Shown here: piece by piece, positions 26,452-33,820 of the stretch
Position numbering within the stretch: the first letter of the stretch is position 1
Layout: each line of letters opens with the position of its first letter
From: an uncultured Methylococcaceae bacterium
GTDB taxonomy: Bacteria; Pseudomonadota; Gammaproteobacteria; Methylococcales; UBA1147
Direction: 5' to 3'
Length of the DNA stretch: 33,820 bases
Assembly (NCBI GenBank): GCA_964626505.1
Contig: CAZVFR010000002.1
Location: 1-33,820 of the forward strand
Program-made: the position numbers and the translations under genes
Notes under the pieces: model-generated
The model's database searches: none
Seen by the model: only the letters and a program-made list of their open reading frames with translations
Told to the model about the DNA's origin: nothing

Positions 26452-27618
26452 GTGAGTCAAAATTTTATTTTTACCTCCGAATCTGTTTCTGAGGGGCATC
26501 CCGACAAGGTTTGTGACCAAGTTTCTGACGCGGTATTGGACGCTTTGTTGGAGCAAGATCCAAAATCCCGCGTCGCCTGCGAAACGATGGTAAAGACCGG
26601 AATGGTGATTTTGGCGGGTGAAATAACCACGGATGCTTGGGTAGATACCGAAAATCTGGTGCGCAACGTGGTCAAAAATATCGGCTATGATGATCCGTCC
26701 ATCGGTTTCGATTGGCAAAGCTGCGCGGTGATGAACGCAATCGGCAAACAGTCCCCGGACATTGCCATGGGTGTGGATGATAGCGAAGATCATGAACAAG
26801 GTGCTGGTGACCAGGGTTTGATGTTTGGTTACGCGAGCAATGAAACCGATGTGTTGATGCCGGCTCCGATCACTTACTCCCATCGATTGGTGCAGCGTCA
26901 AGCCGAAGTCCGAAAAAGCAAAGTATTATCGTGGTTGCGGCCCGATGCTAAAAGCCAGGTAACCTTTCGCTATGAAAACAATCGTCCGGTAGCGGTTGAT
27001 ACGATTGTGCTTTCGACTCAGCATTCCCCGGATATTGGCCAAAAGGAATTGCGCGAAGCAGTTATCGACGAAATCATTCTCCCGGTTATGCCGAGCGAAT
27101 GGATTCATAAGGATACTCAGTTTTTTGTTAATCCTACCGGACAATTTATTATTGGCGGGCCGGTTGGTGACTGCGGTTTGACCGGGCGTAAGATCATCGT
27201 GGACACCTACGGAGGTATGGCCCGGCATGGTGGCGGTGCGTTCAGTGGTAAGGATCCGTCCAAAGTCGATCGATCCGCGGCATACATGGCCCGCTATGTG
27301 GCCAAAAATATTGTTGCGGCCGGCTTGGCCGAGCGTTGCGAAATCCAGGTATCCTACGCAATCGGCGTCGCGGAACCGACATCAATCAGCATCGAAACTT
27401 TTGGCACCGGTAAGCTTGACGAAGATCGATTGATCGCCATCGTGCGCGACCAGTTCGATATGCGTCCCAAAGGCTTGATCGCTATGTTGGATTTGCTGCG
27501 ACCCATTTATCAAACAACCGCGGCCTACGGTCACTTCGGACGTAATGAAAGCACATTTACGTGGGAGAAGACCGATAGAGCCGAGCAACTTCGAGATGCC
27601 GCGGGACTATCTTCCTAA
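26452..27618 (+). CDS. metK: S-adenosylmethionine synthetase
   Basis: GTG start after [49 protein letters not shown]. Confidence 0.95.
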   Translation: MSQNFIFTSESVSEGHPDKVCDQVSDAVLDALLEQDPKSRVACETMVKTGMVILAGEITTDAWVDTENLVRNVVKNIGYDDPSIGFDWQSCAVMNAIGKQSPDIAMGVDDSEDHEQGAGDQGLMFGYASNETDVLMPAPITYSHRLVQRQAEVRKSKVLSWLRPDAKSQVTFRYENNRPVAVDTIVLSTQHSPDIGQKELREAVIDEIILPVMPSEWIHKDTQFFVNPTGQFIIGGPVGDCGLTGRKIIVDTYGGMARHGGGAFSGKDPSKVDRSAAYMARYVAKNIVAAGLAERCEIQVSYAIGVAEPTSISIETFGTGKLDEDRLIAIVRDQFDMRPKGLIAMLDLLRPIYQTTAAYGHFGRNESTFTWEKTDRAEQLRDAAGLSS

Positions 27619-27655
27619 TTCACCATTTTTACACTTCTGACCTGAGGGACCCAAT

Positions 27656-28969
27656 ATGAGCAGCCAACCTGTTACCAACCTGACACCGGATTACAAAATT
27701 GCGGATCTTTCGCTGGCCGAGTGGGGTAGAAAAGAAATCAACATCGCCGAGACTGAAATGCCGGGTTTGATGGCATTGCGCGATGAATACAAAGAGCAGC
27801 AGCCTTTAAAAGGTGCGCGCATTGCTGGTTGTCTGCACATGACAATTCAAACAGCGGTGTTGATCGAAACATTGGTGGATTTGGGTGCCGAAGTACGCTG
27901 GTCATCTTGTAATATTTTTTCGACTCAGGACCATGCCGCTGCGGCGATGGCCGCTGCCGGAATTCCGGTATTTGCGTGGAAGGGTGAAACTGAGGATGAA
28001 GCCTGGTGGTGTATCGATCAGACTATTTTCGGACCCAATGGTTGGCGTCCGAATATGATATTGGACGATGGTGGCGACCTGACTATTGTCATGCATGAGA
28101 AATACCCTGAATTAATGGATGATGTCAGAGGTTTGTCTGAAGAAACCACTACGGGTGTGCTTAGATTATACGAAATGGTTAAGAAAGGGACGCTTAAAGC
28201 ACCGGCTTTCAATGTCAACGATTCGGTAACCAAGTCCAAGTTCGACAATCTGTATGGCTGCCGTGAATCACTACTGGATGGTATCAAGCGTGCCACCGAT
28301 GTGATGATTGCCGGCAAAATAGCCATCGTGTGCGGTTATGGTGATGTCGGAAAGGGCTGTGCACAGTCGCTGCGCGGGCAGGGTGCAACCGTGTGGATAA
28401 CCGAAATTGATCCGATTTGTGCCTTGCAGGCTGCGATGGAAGGCTATCGAGTGGTGACCTTGGATCAAGCTGCTGCTGAGGCGGATATATTCGTTACCGC
28501 GACGGGCAATTACCACATCATCGGCCACGATCATATGCAAGCCATGAAAGATCAGGCGATCGTCTGCAACATTGGGCATTTTGACTCGGAAATCGATATT
28601 GCGTCTCTGCGCCAATACGAGTGGGATAATATCAAGCCGCAAGTTGACCACATCATTTTTCCGGACGGTAAACGGTTAATTCTTCTGGCCGAGGGGCGTT
28701 TGGTGAATTTGGGCTGTGCGACTGGGCATCCAAGTTTTGTCATGTCCAATTCGTTTAGCAACCAGGTTCTGGCGCAAATCGAGCTTTGGAATAATCCCGA
28801 GAATTATGCCAAGGAAGTCTATGTTCTTCCCAAAAAATTGGACGAAAAAGTCGCGTCTTTGCACTTACGGAAGCTGGGTGTACAACTGACTCAACTGACC
28901 CCAAAGCAAGCCGAGTATATCGGTGTCAGCGTTGATGGTCCGTACAAAGCGGATCACTATCGGTACTAG
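27656..28969 (+). CDS. ahcY: Adenosylhomocysteinase
   Basis: 437 aa. [20 protein letters not shown], the NAD-binding [10 protein letters not shown], and the C-terminal ...[10 protein letters not shown]. Confidence 0.95.
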   Translation: MSSQPVTNLTPDYKIADLSLAEWGRKEINIAETEMPGLMALRDEYKEQQPLKGARIAGCLHMTIQTAVLIETLVDLGAEVRWSSCNIFSTQDHAAAAMAAAGIPVFAWKGETEDEAWWCIDQTIFGPNGWRPNMILDDGGDLTIVMHEKYPELMDDVRGLSEETTTGVLRLYEMVKKGTLKAPAFNVNDSVTKSKFDNLYGCRESLLDGIKRATDVMIAGKIAIVCGYGDVGKGCAQSLRGQGATVWITEIDPICALQAAMEGYRVVTLDQAAAEADIFVTATGNYHIIGHDHMQAMKDQAIVCNIGHFDSEIDIASLRQYEWDNIKPQVDHIIFPDGKRLILLAEGRLVNLGCATGHPSFVMSNSFSNQVLAQIELWNNPENYAKEVYVLPKKLDEKVASLHLRKLGVQLTQLTPKQAEYIGVSVDGPYKADHYRY

Positions 28970-29123
28970 CAGCTACTATCGACAAGGTATCGGGGTGATC
29001 GCTTGGTTGTCCCGGTGTCGGTGTGCGCTTGGTTTCGACTTGGCATGGGCGAATCGCTAAGATTCAGGCTCCAGCTGGTCTCACTAGGTTTATTCCAAAT
29101 ATTTCATTATCTAATCCGCATAC

Positions 29124-29975
29124 ATGGAATCGCAGAAAAAAGACGGCCGGGATTATAGCTTCGAATTTTTCCCACCCAAGTCAAAAGAAACCGAAAAATT
29201 GTTGCGCACAACGGCCGACGATCTTGCGGTCGCGAAACCGCTATTTTTCTCGGTAACGTTTGGGGCCGGGGGATCGACGCGGCAGAAGACTGAAGAAACT
29301 GTTGTCGATATACTTAGGCTTACGGGCGTAGACACAGCTCCGCATTTGTCGTGTATAGGATCGACGCGCGAAAGTATACGCGAGATTATTCTCAATTACC
29401 GTCAGCATGGAATCCGCCGAATTGTGGCATTGCGCGGGGATTTACCCTCGGGAATGGTCGAAGCCGGTGAATTTCGGTATGCCAACGAGCTGGTTGAATT
29501 TATCCGTCAGGAAACCGGGAGTTATTTTACCATTGAAGTAGCGGCCTACCCGGAAGTTCACCCTCAAGCGCCGCATGCGGAGGCCGACCTGAATAATTTC
29601 AAAAGGAAGATTGATGCGGGTGCCAATGGCGCGATTACGCAGTATTTTTACAACGCAGACGCGTATTTTCGGTTTGTCGATGCCTGTGAGAAGAAAGGTT
29701 TGGATATTCCGATTGTTCCTGGCATTATGCCGATATCTAATTTTTTCCAAATTTCGCGTTTTTCCGAAGGCTGTGGTGCTGAAATACCGCGCTGGATGCG
29801 TAAACGTTTCGAGTATTTCGGTGACGACACAAAGTCGGTAAAAAATTTCGGTGTGGATGTTGTGACAACGATGTGCCAACGGCTGTTGGATAACGGCGTG
29901 CCCGGATTGCATTTTTACACGATGAATAAGTCCGATCTGGTTTTGAAAATTTGGAATGGCCTCAGTCTGAAGTAG
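29124..29975 (+). CDS. metF: 5,10-methylenetetrahydrofolate reductase
   Basis: 283 aa. YSFEFFPPK, FFSVTFGAGGSTR, LHFYTMNK. Confidence 0.9.
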   Translation: MESQKKDGRDYSFEFFPPKSKETEKLLRTTADDLAVAKPLFFSVTFGAGGSTRQKTEETVVDILRLTGVDTAPHLSCIGSTRESIREIILNYRQHGIRRIVALRGDLPSGMVEAGEFRYANELVEFIRQETGSYFTIEVAAYPEVHPQAPHAEADLNNFKRKIDAGANGAITQYFYNADAYFRFVDACEKKGLDIPIVPGIMPISNFFQISRFSEGCGAEIPRWMRKRFEYFGDDTKSVKNFGVDVVTTMCQRLLDNGVPGLHFYTMNKSDLVLKIWNGLSLK

Positions 29976-30031
29976 TCCCCGCCATTCCTGGCATCAGACC
30001 GTTTTTCGACCAAGGTGTGAATGCAAATCTC

Positions 30032-30760
30032 GTGCGTATTTCCAGACTCTATCTTGCGGTTGAATTAGTTCCCCAAACCACACTGGAATTGGATGAGGCA
30101 AGCGCTCATTACGTACGCAATGTTCTGCGTTTGAGCAACGGTCATGAGATAACTTTGTTCAATGGGGATGGCGTTGAGTATGCAGCCAAATTGACTTTGG
30201 TTAGCCGTAGGTCTGTTATCGTAAGGATCGATGAAGGGCGCGTGTGCGACTGCGAATCGTCGCTAAAAATACATTTGGCTTTGGGTATCTCTCGAAGTGA
30301 ACGCATGGACCTCGCGATCCAGAAATCGGTGGAACTTGGGGTCAATACCATCGTGCCGCTGATTACTGAACGCTGCGTAGTGAAGTTTACCAACGATCGG
30401 CGCGAGCAAAAACAACAGCATTGGCAAAAGGTCGTCCAACATGCTTGTGAACAATGCGGCCGAAGCGTGTTGCCTAGCGTCGCTGAACCGCAGGTTATCG
30501 AGCATTGGTTGCCCGATGCTAGTGGATTTAAGTTATTCCTTGATCCGCGCGCGGACGCTACATTGAAACAGCATACGCTGGATTGTTCGGACGTCTGGAT
30601 TTTATCAGGTCCAGAGGGCGGTTTTAGCCCTGGCGAGCGAGCGAAGGTAACGCAGGCTGGGTTTAAAGGGGTGCGCTTGGGACCACGAATTCTCCGAACC
30701 GAAACAGCTGCATTGACCGCGATCAGCGTCGTACAAGCTTTGTGGGGCGATTTGCTATGA
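30032..30760 (+). CDS. rsmE: 16S rRNA (uracil1498-N3)-methyltransferase
   Basis: The track ORF (29951) overlaps the metF end. GTG 30032 gives (M)RISRLYL..., the usual RsmE N-terminus. The C-terminal SPOUT blocks GPEGGFSPGE and LGPRILRTETAAL are present. Confidence 0.85.
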   Translation: MRISRLYLAVELVPQTTLELDEASAHYVRNVLRLSNGHEITLFNGDGVEYAAKLTLVSRRSVIVRIDEGRVCDCESSLKIHLALGISRSERMDLAIQKSVELGVNTIVPLITERCVVKFTNDRREQKQQHWQKVVQHACEQCGRSVLPSVAEPQVIEHWLPDASGFKLFLDPRADATLKQHTLDCSDVWILSGPEGGFSPGERAKVTQAGFKGVRLGPRILRTETAALTAISVVQALWGDLL

Positions 30761-30989
30761 TCGGTGTCGATTGACTCGAAACCGTGGAGATTATGATATT
30801 GGTGCGGTCGGGTGATGGAATTTGTAGTCGTGGTGAGTATTCAATAGTTTCTAATTTGCGACAGTGACTCGATTAGGATATTTCACCGTTAGTATCCAAG
30901 CACTATTTTTATCCACTGTATTGCAGCCGACGCGCAAAATAACGATACTTACGCCGTCCGATGTCTAACCTCTCAATTGGAGACCTAAT

Positions 30990-31316
30990 ATGTCACAGTT
31001 CAAGTACGCGCTAATCGCCCTTTGGTGCCTAAGTTTTGTAAGCTCTGCTATCGCGGCGGATCTTGTCGGCGATGCCAAAGCTGGAGAGGCTAAATCAGCT
31101 GCGTGCGCGGCTTGCCATGGCCCCAAGGGAATTAATGCGACTGGAGGGTTTCCGAACCTCGCGGGTCAAAACGAAGTTTATATCATGACGAGCTTAAAAG
31201 CGTTTCGGGAGAAAAAGCGCGAAGCAGACATCATGAATACCATCGCCGCCGCTTTAAACGACCAGGATATCGCCAATCTTGCGGTTTATTACAGTGGCTT
31301 GAGCCCCTGTCCTTAA
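30990..31316 (+). CDS. Monohaem class I cytochrome c (half-c4-like)
   Basis: 108 aa. Signal peptide ...FVSSAIAA. A single CAACHG haem site, a downstream Met-ligand segment (ADIMNTI) and YYSGL. Confidence 0.8.
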   Translation: MSQFKYALIALWCLSFVSSAIAADLVGDAKAGEAKSAACAACHGPKGINATGGFPNLAGQNEVYIMTSLKAFREKKREADIMNTIAAALNDQDIANLAVYYSGLSPCP

Positions 31317-31697
31317 TACTGTGACAGATACATTTGCGCTGGTAAGAGGAAAATAACGCGTTCAGGTAATGTCGATTTGAGTCGAATTGGGATACCGAAA
31401 CCACATTTGTCCTTAGCGTAATTCGCGTTATCCTTCCCTTTAGCATTCCCCGCCAGACTGGTAATTGCTCGCTTGATCTTTATTCCCTCGAAGAAATTTC
31501 TACCCTCGAAAGATAGGCTGTATTCTGCTTACTCAGAAAATTACTTACGATAAGAAATCACCGTGCGAACATTATGCCTCTGGTGAGAAATGTGGATAAA
31601 CATGATGATTTTGCGGTCTGCAACGTGTCGATTTTGACTCTATCCGTGCTTATTACCCCTATTATCTTGACAATATCGCTTATACGGAATTCATCTA

Positions 31698-31834
31698 TAC
31701 TTTGATTAAGGCTCTGTTCGCGTTCTTTGTTGGTACCCAATAAATACGCCTTGTGTAGATATTCCTTAAACGGCTTATTTACTGGCCTTAAGGAAAAGCC
31801 AACATTAAACGCGAACAGAGCCTTGATTAAAGTA
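31698..31834. repeat. 27-bp inverted repeat (25 of 27 complementary, 17-bp perfect core) separated by 83 bp, just upstream of the repeat-protein gene
   Basis: TACTTTGATTAAGGCTCTGTTCGCGTT (31698-31724) versus AACGCGAACAGAGCCTTGATTAAAGTA (31808-31834). The right arm ends 17 nt before GTG 31852. Confidence 0.85.
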
Positions 31835-31851
31835 TCAGCATTGAGTCTAAC

Positions 31852-32883
31852 GTGAAACTAAATCTAGTTAAGGCAACTTTTTTTGTTGTTGTTTTCAGCC
31901 TCCCAGTTGCGGGGAACTTGCGCGCTGAAGTTGATGAAGAATCGATACGCTCCCTTACGCCGCCCGATGTGTACGCGAGAGTGCAAGTGTTTTTGGATAG
32001 CGTCGCCCAGATTTGCTTCATCATGGGAAAACCAAAGGCTCACTCAGTCTCGTTTGAAGTTTCCAATGCGGCGCCCCGGGAAGTTTATTATCAGGCTTTC
32101 ACGCTATTGAAAAAAACCAATCGCTTGGTTTTTGAGATTACCCGTAGCCAAGAGCCTCTACCAGAAATGCTTGGTGGAAAGCTCCAGCCCGGCCATGTAT
32201 TTCAACTCGTACAAGATTCCATAGAGAAACTAGAACTGATTCGTGAGCATTTGGGTATTCCACCAATCACCAAGACCCATCCGGTAGATCCTAACAAAAC
32301 GCCCACCGATGTTTTTAATACCATCGCCGTAGCAAACAATGAAGTAAACAATCTGCTGCGCTATCGATTCGCACCCGAAGATGTCTATCAGCAAGTTACA
32401 ACGGCCATAAGCTATAGCACCTTATTGTTGTCTCAATTTTCCGAGACTCATCGCATTCCACCGGAACCGGTTTATATACCCGGAAAGCAGCCGCGTGATG
32501 TCTTTTATAGACTTGCGGACAGTTTCCAGGTTTTGCGTGGTATCACAGAAAAATCGGGTTATAAAATTCTCATTCTTAACTTGGATCGCAGTGAAAAATC
32601 AAACCAAATTGAACCTAGTGATGTGTATGATATAGCGTCATTACTGGTTTCAGAAGTCGCTTTTCTCTATGGCGAATTGCCGATTACACGGTCACCCATT
32701 CAAGCCTTTCATCCTGGTCCCAAGTTTCCATCTCATGTGTTTCAACGGGCCGGAATTCTTGAAGCCCAGTTTGAAATGCTTGCAAAACAAGTTGAAAAAA
32801 ATCCGTACTGGATTCGTGCAAATTCTGTTACCGCTATCGATACTAGTTCTAGCCCACATTCCGCTCAGTCAGAAAACCCCTGA
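31852..32883 (+). CDS. Secreted repeat protein of unknown family (8 x P-x-[DEH]-V-[YF] helical repeats)
   Basis: 343 aa with a GTG start. Signal peptide KATFFVVVFSLPVAGNLRA. The motifs PPDVY, PREVY, PGHVF, PTDVF, PEDVY, PRDVF, PSDVY and PSHVF start at residues 38, 75, 113, 151, 175, 214, 255 and 293. Each is followed by an amphipathic helix-like stretch. Confidence 0.65.
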   Translation: MKLNLVKATFFVVVFSLPVAGNLRAEVDEESIRSLTPPDVYARVQVFLDSVAQICFIMGKPKAHSVSFEVSNAAPREVYYQAFTLLKKTNRLVFEITRSQEPLPEMLGGKLQPGHVFQLVQDSIEKLELIREHLGIPPITKTHPVDPNKTPTDVFNTIAVANNEVNNLLRYRFAPEDVYQQVTTAISYSTLLLSQFSETHRIPPEPVYIPGKQPRDVFYRLADSFQVLRGITEKSGYKILILNLDRSEKSNQIEPSDVYDIASLLVSEVAFLYGELPITRSPIQAFHPGPKFPSHVFQRAGILEAQFEMLAKQVEKNPYWIRANSVTAIDTSSSPHSAQSENP

Positions 32884-32949
32884 TGGAAACAAAGCTCTGC
32901 GCGATCATCTTGCCCTCTGGTAAGAATTACGGGTCAAGCGTACACGTTA

Positions 32950-33820
32950 ATGTTAGATAATTCTGTCCAAAAAAAGCTGTTAAAGGCCAATATTCAACTC
33001 ATTGCTTTAGGCGTGGGATCTCTCGTTATTGCCTTACTGACAACTTGGACTCTTTCGCAACATACTAATCAGCTCGCTCAAAAACGTGCTCCAATAGCAC
33101 ACAATGCAACCCAACTTTTGGCAGGGACACGCCAGACTATGTCGAGTCTTCGTGCCTGGATTAACAAGCCGGACATCGAATTCAAACAGCGCCGTGACAG
33201 TATTTGGCGTCAAGAAATTTGGCCCTCGATGAAAAGTCTCGAGGAATTAGCCAATGAATGGAACGATCACAAGGTGCAAAATTCAGTCAGATTATTGAAT
33301 TCACTGTTGATCGATTTAGAGGAATCTCAATGGTGGGTAGAGGATATAGCGCAAACCCCGGGTAATAGTCCGGCCCGTGTAGAGTTTCAAATGCGTGGAG
33401 AAATGATCGCGGATAGTATTCGCATGGCATTGGAAACGGCAAAACAAATTGAACAGGCTGCCGGGAGCACTGCAAATTTACCCGTATCTGTTCGATATAG
33501 TCTTCAAGCAGATTTTACTCAGGCTCATTTACTATTGGCGCGGTTTGTGCATCAAGGGAATGCACATGACGAACGCAGTTTACGCCACGCGCTACAAAAA
33601 TTTTCCTCTGCTCTCGTATTTAGCCGGGATATAGATCCTAAGCTGCAAGGCGATCTAAGCGAAGTATTTGATCGCATACAGCATGAATTCACAGCCTATA
33701 TGCCGTTGGCTGAAAAAATTATTCAGTTGCGTAAATCTCCACGCTGGAATCACGCGGATTTTCTCATGCAGACTGAAACCGTAGTAATATCGGAACAACT
33801 GACCGGTCTGATAGAGGCCT
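32950..33820 (+). CDS. Membrane-anchored sensor protein, N-terminal part (runs off the window; not in the ORF track)
   Basis: I translated it by hand from ATG 32950: 290 codons with no stop up to the window edge. One TM segment (IQLIALGVGSLVIALLTTW) is followed by a long helical, presumably periplasmic, domain. It has a NarX/PilJ P-box-like segment LLAGTRQTMSSLRAWI. The output domain lies outside the window. Confidence 0.6.
   Translation, partial: MLDNSVQKKLLKANIQLIALGVGSLVIALLTTWTLSQHTNQLAQKRAPIAHNATQLLAGTRQTMSSLRAWINKPDIEFKQRRDSIWRQEIWPSMKSLEELANEWNDHKVQNSVRLLNSLLIDLEESQWWVEDIAQTPGNSPARVEFQMRGEMIADSIRMALETAKQIEQAAGSTANLPVSVRYSLQADFTQAHLLLARFVHQGNAHDERSLRHALQKFSSALVFSRDIDPKLQGDLSEVFDRIQHEFTAYMPLAEKIIQLRKSPRWNHADFLMQTETVVISEQLTGLIEA

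Noticed and set aside
26446-26901. 151-aa minus-strand ORF at the metK start
   Set aside because: It is antisense to metK ([11 protein letters not shown] and other motifs on the plus strand). It is a shadow ORF.
27619-27655. SAH riboswitch upstream of ahcY
   Set aside because: The metK-ahcY gap is only 37 nt, too short for the element, and no matching sequence is present.
29442-29912. 156-aa minus-strand ORF
   Set aside because: It is antisense to metF and has no recognisable features.
29951-30031. N-terminal extension of rsmE overlapping the metF end
   Set aside because: RsmE proteins begin M-R-I-x-R-x-Y. GTG 30032 reproduces this, and the upstream part is just an open frame.
31558-31740. 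60-aa minus-strand ORF, the 71-aa ORF at 31231-31446, and a 43-codon plus-strand hydrophobic ORF at about 31574-31705
   Set aside because: All lie in the AT-rich structured spacer without an RBS or family resemblance, and one overlaps the cytochrome c gene end. They cannot be distinguished from chance ORFs.
1-33820. Mobile elements, CRISPR arrays, tRNA/rRNA genes, prophage or defence islands
   Set aside because: I found no transposase, integrase or recombinase-like ORF, no spaced direct-repeat array, and no cloverleaf-like or rRNA-like segments. Gene content and synteny are those of a core chromosome region.

Overview
This looks like a chromosomal, mostly housekeeping window from a moderate-GC gammaproteobacterium-like genome. 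The order dsbD-aroQ-accB-accC-prmA-DUF3426-dusB-fis-purH-purD matches what I remember from Pseudomonas. I call about 32 protein genes. I found no rRNA, tRNA, CRISPR array, transposase, integrase or recognisable defence or toxin module. Left third (1-12.3 kb) is envelope and accessory: a DUF502 membrane protein, an animal-haem-peroxidase-superfamily protein, an NhaD-type antiporter, three outer-membrane beta-barrels, a porin + FMN-binding + small 4-TM protein unit, an OprO/OprP-family porin preceded by tandem Pho boxes, an orphan lipoprotein and a dihaem cytochrome c4. Middle (12.5-26.2 kb): fxsA, cutA-dsbD-tlpA-like, aroQ-accB-accC, an internally deleted prmA remnant, a DUF3426 zinc-ribbon protein, an inserted glycosyltransferase + fatty-acid-hydroxylase pair, and dusB-fis-purH-purD. 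Right (26.4-33.8 kb): metK-ahcY-metF-rsmE, a monohaem cytochrome c, a structured AT-rich spacer, a secreted protein built from eight ~38-residue P-x-[DEH]-V-[YF] repeats, and a membrane sensor gene that runs off the window and is missing from the ORF track. Best leads for something undescribed, in order: (1) the porin / flavinylatable FMN_bind protein / His-bearing 4-TM unit at 6311-9006; (2) the DsbD with two complete Cys-containing N-terminal alpha domains; (3) the repeat protein plus sensor pair with its inverted repeat and TTCGCGTT motif cluster; (4) the in-frame collapsed prmA. All functional assignments rest on motif recognition by eye and memory of the families. No searches were run.
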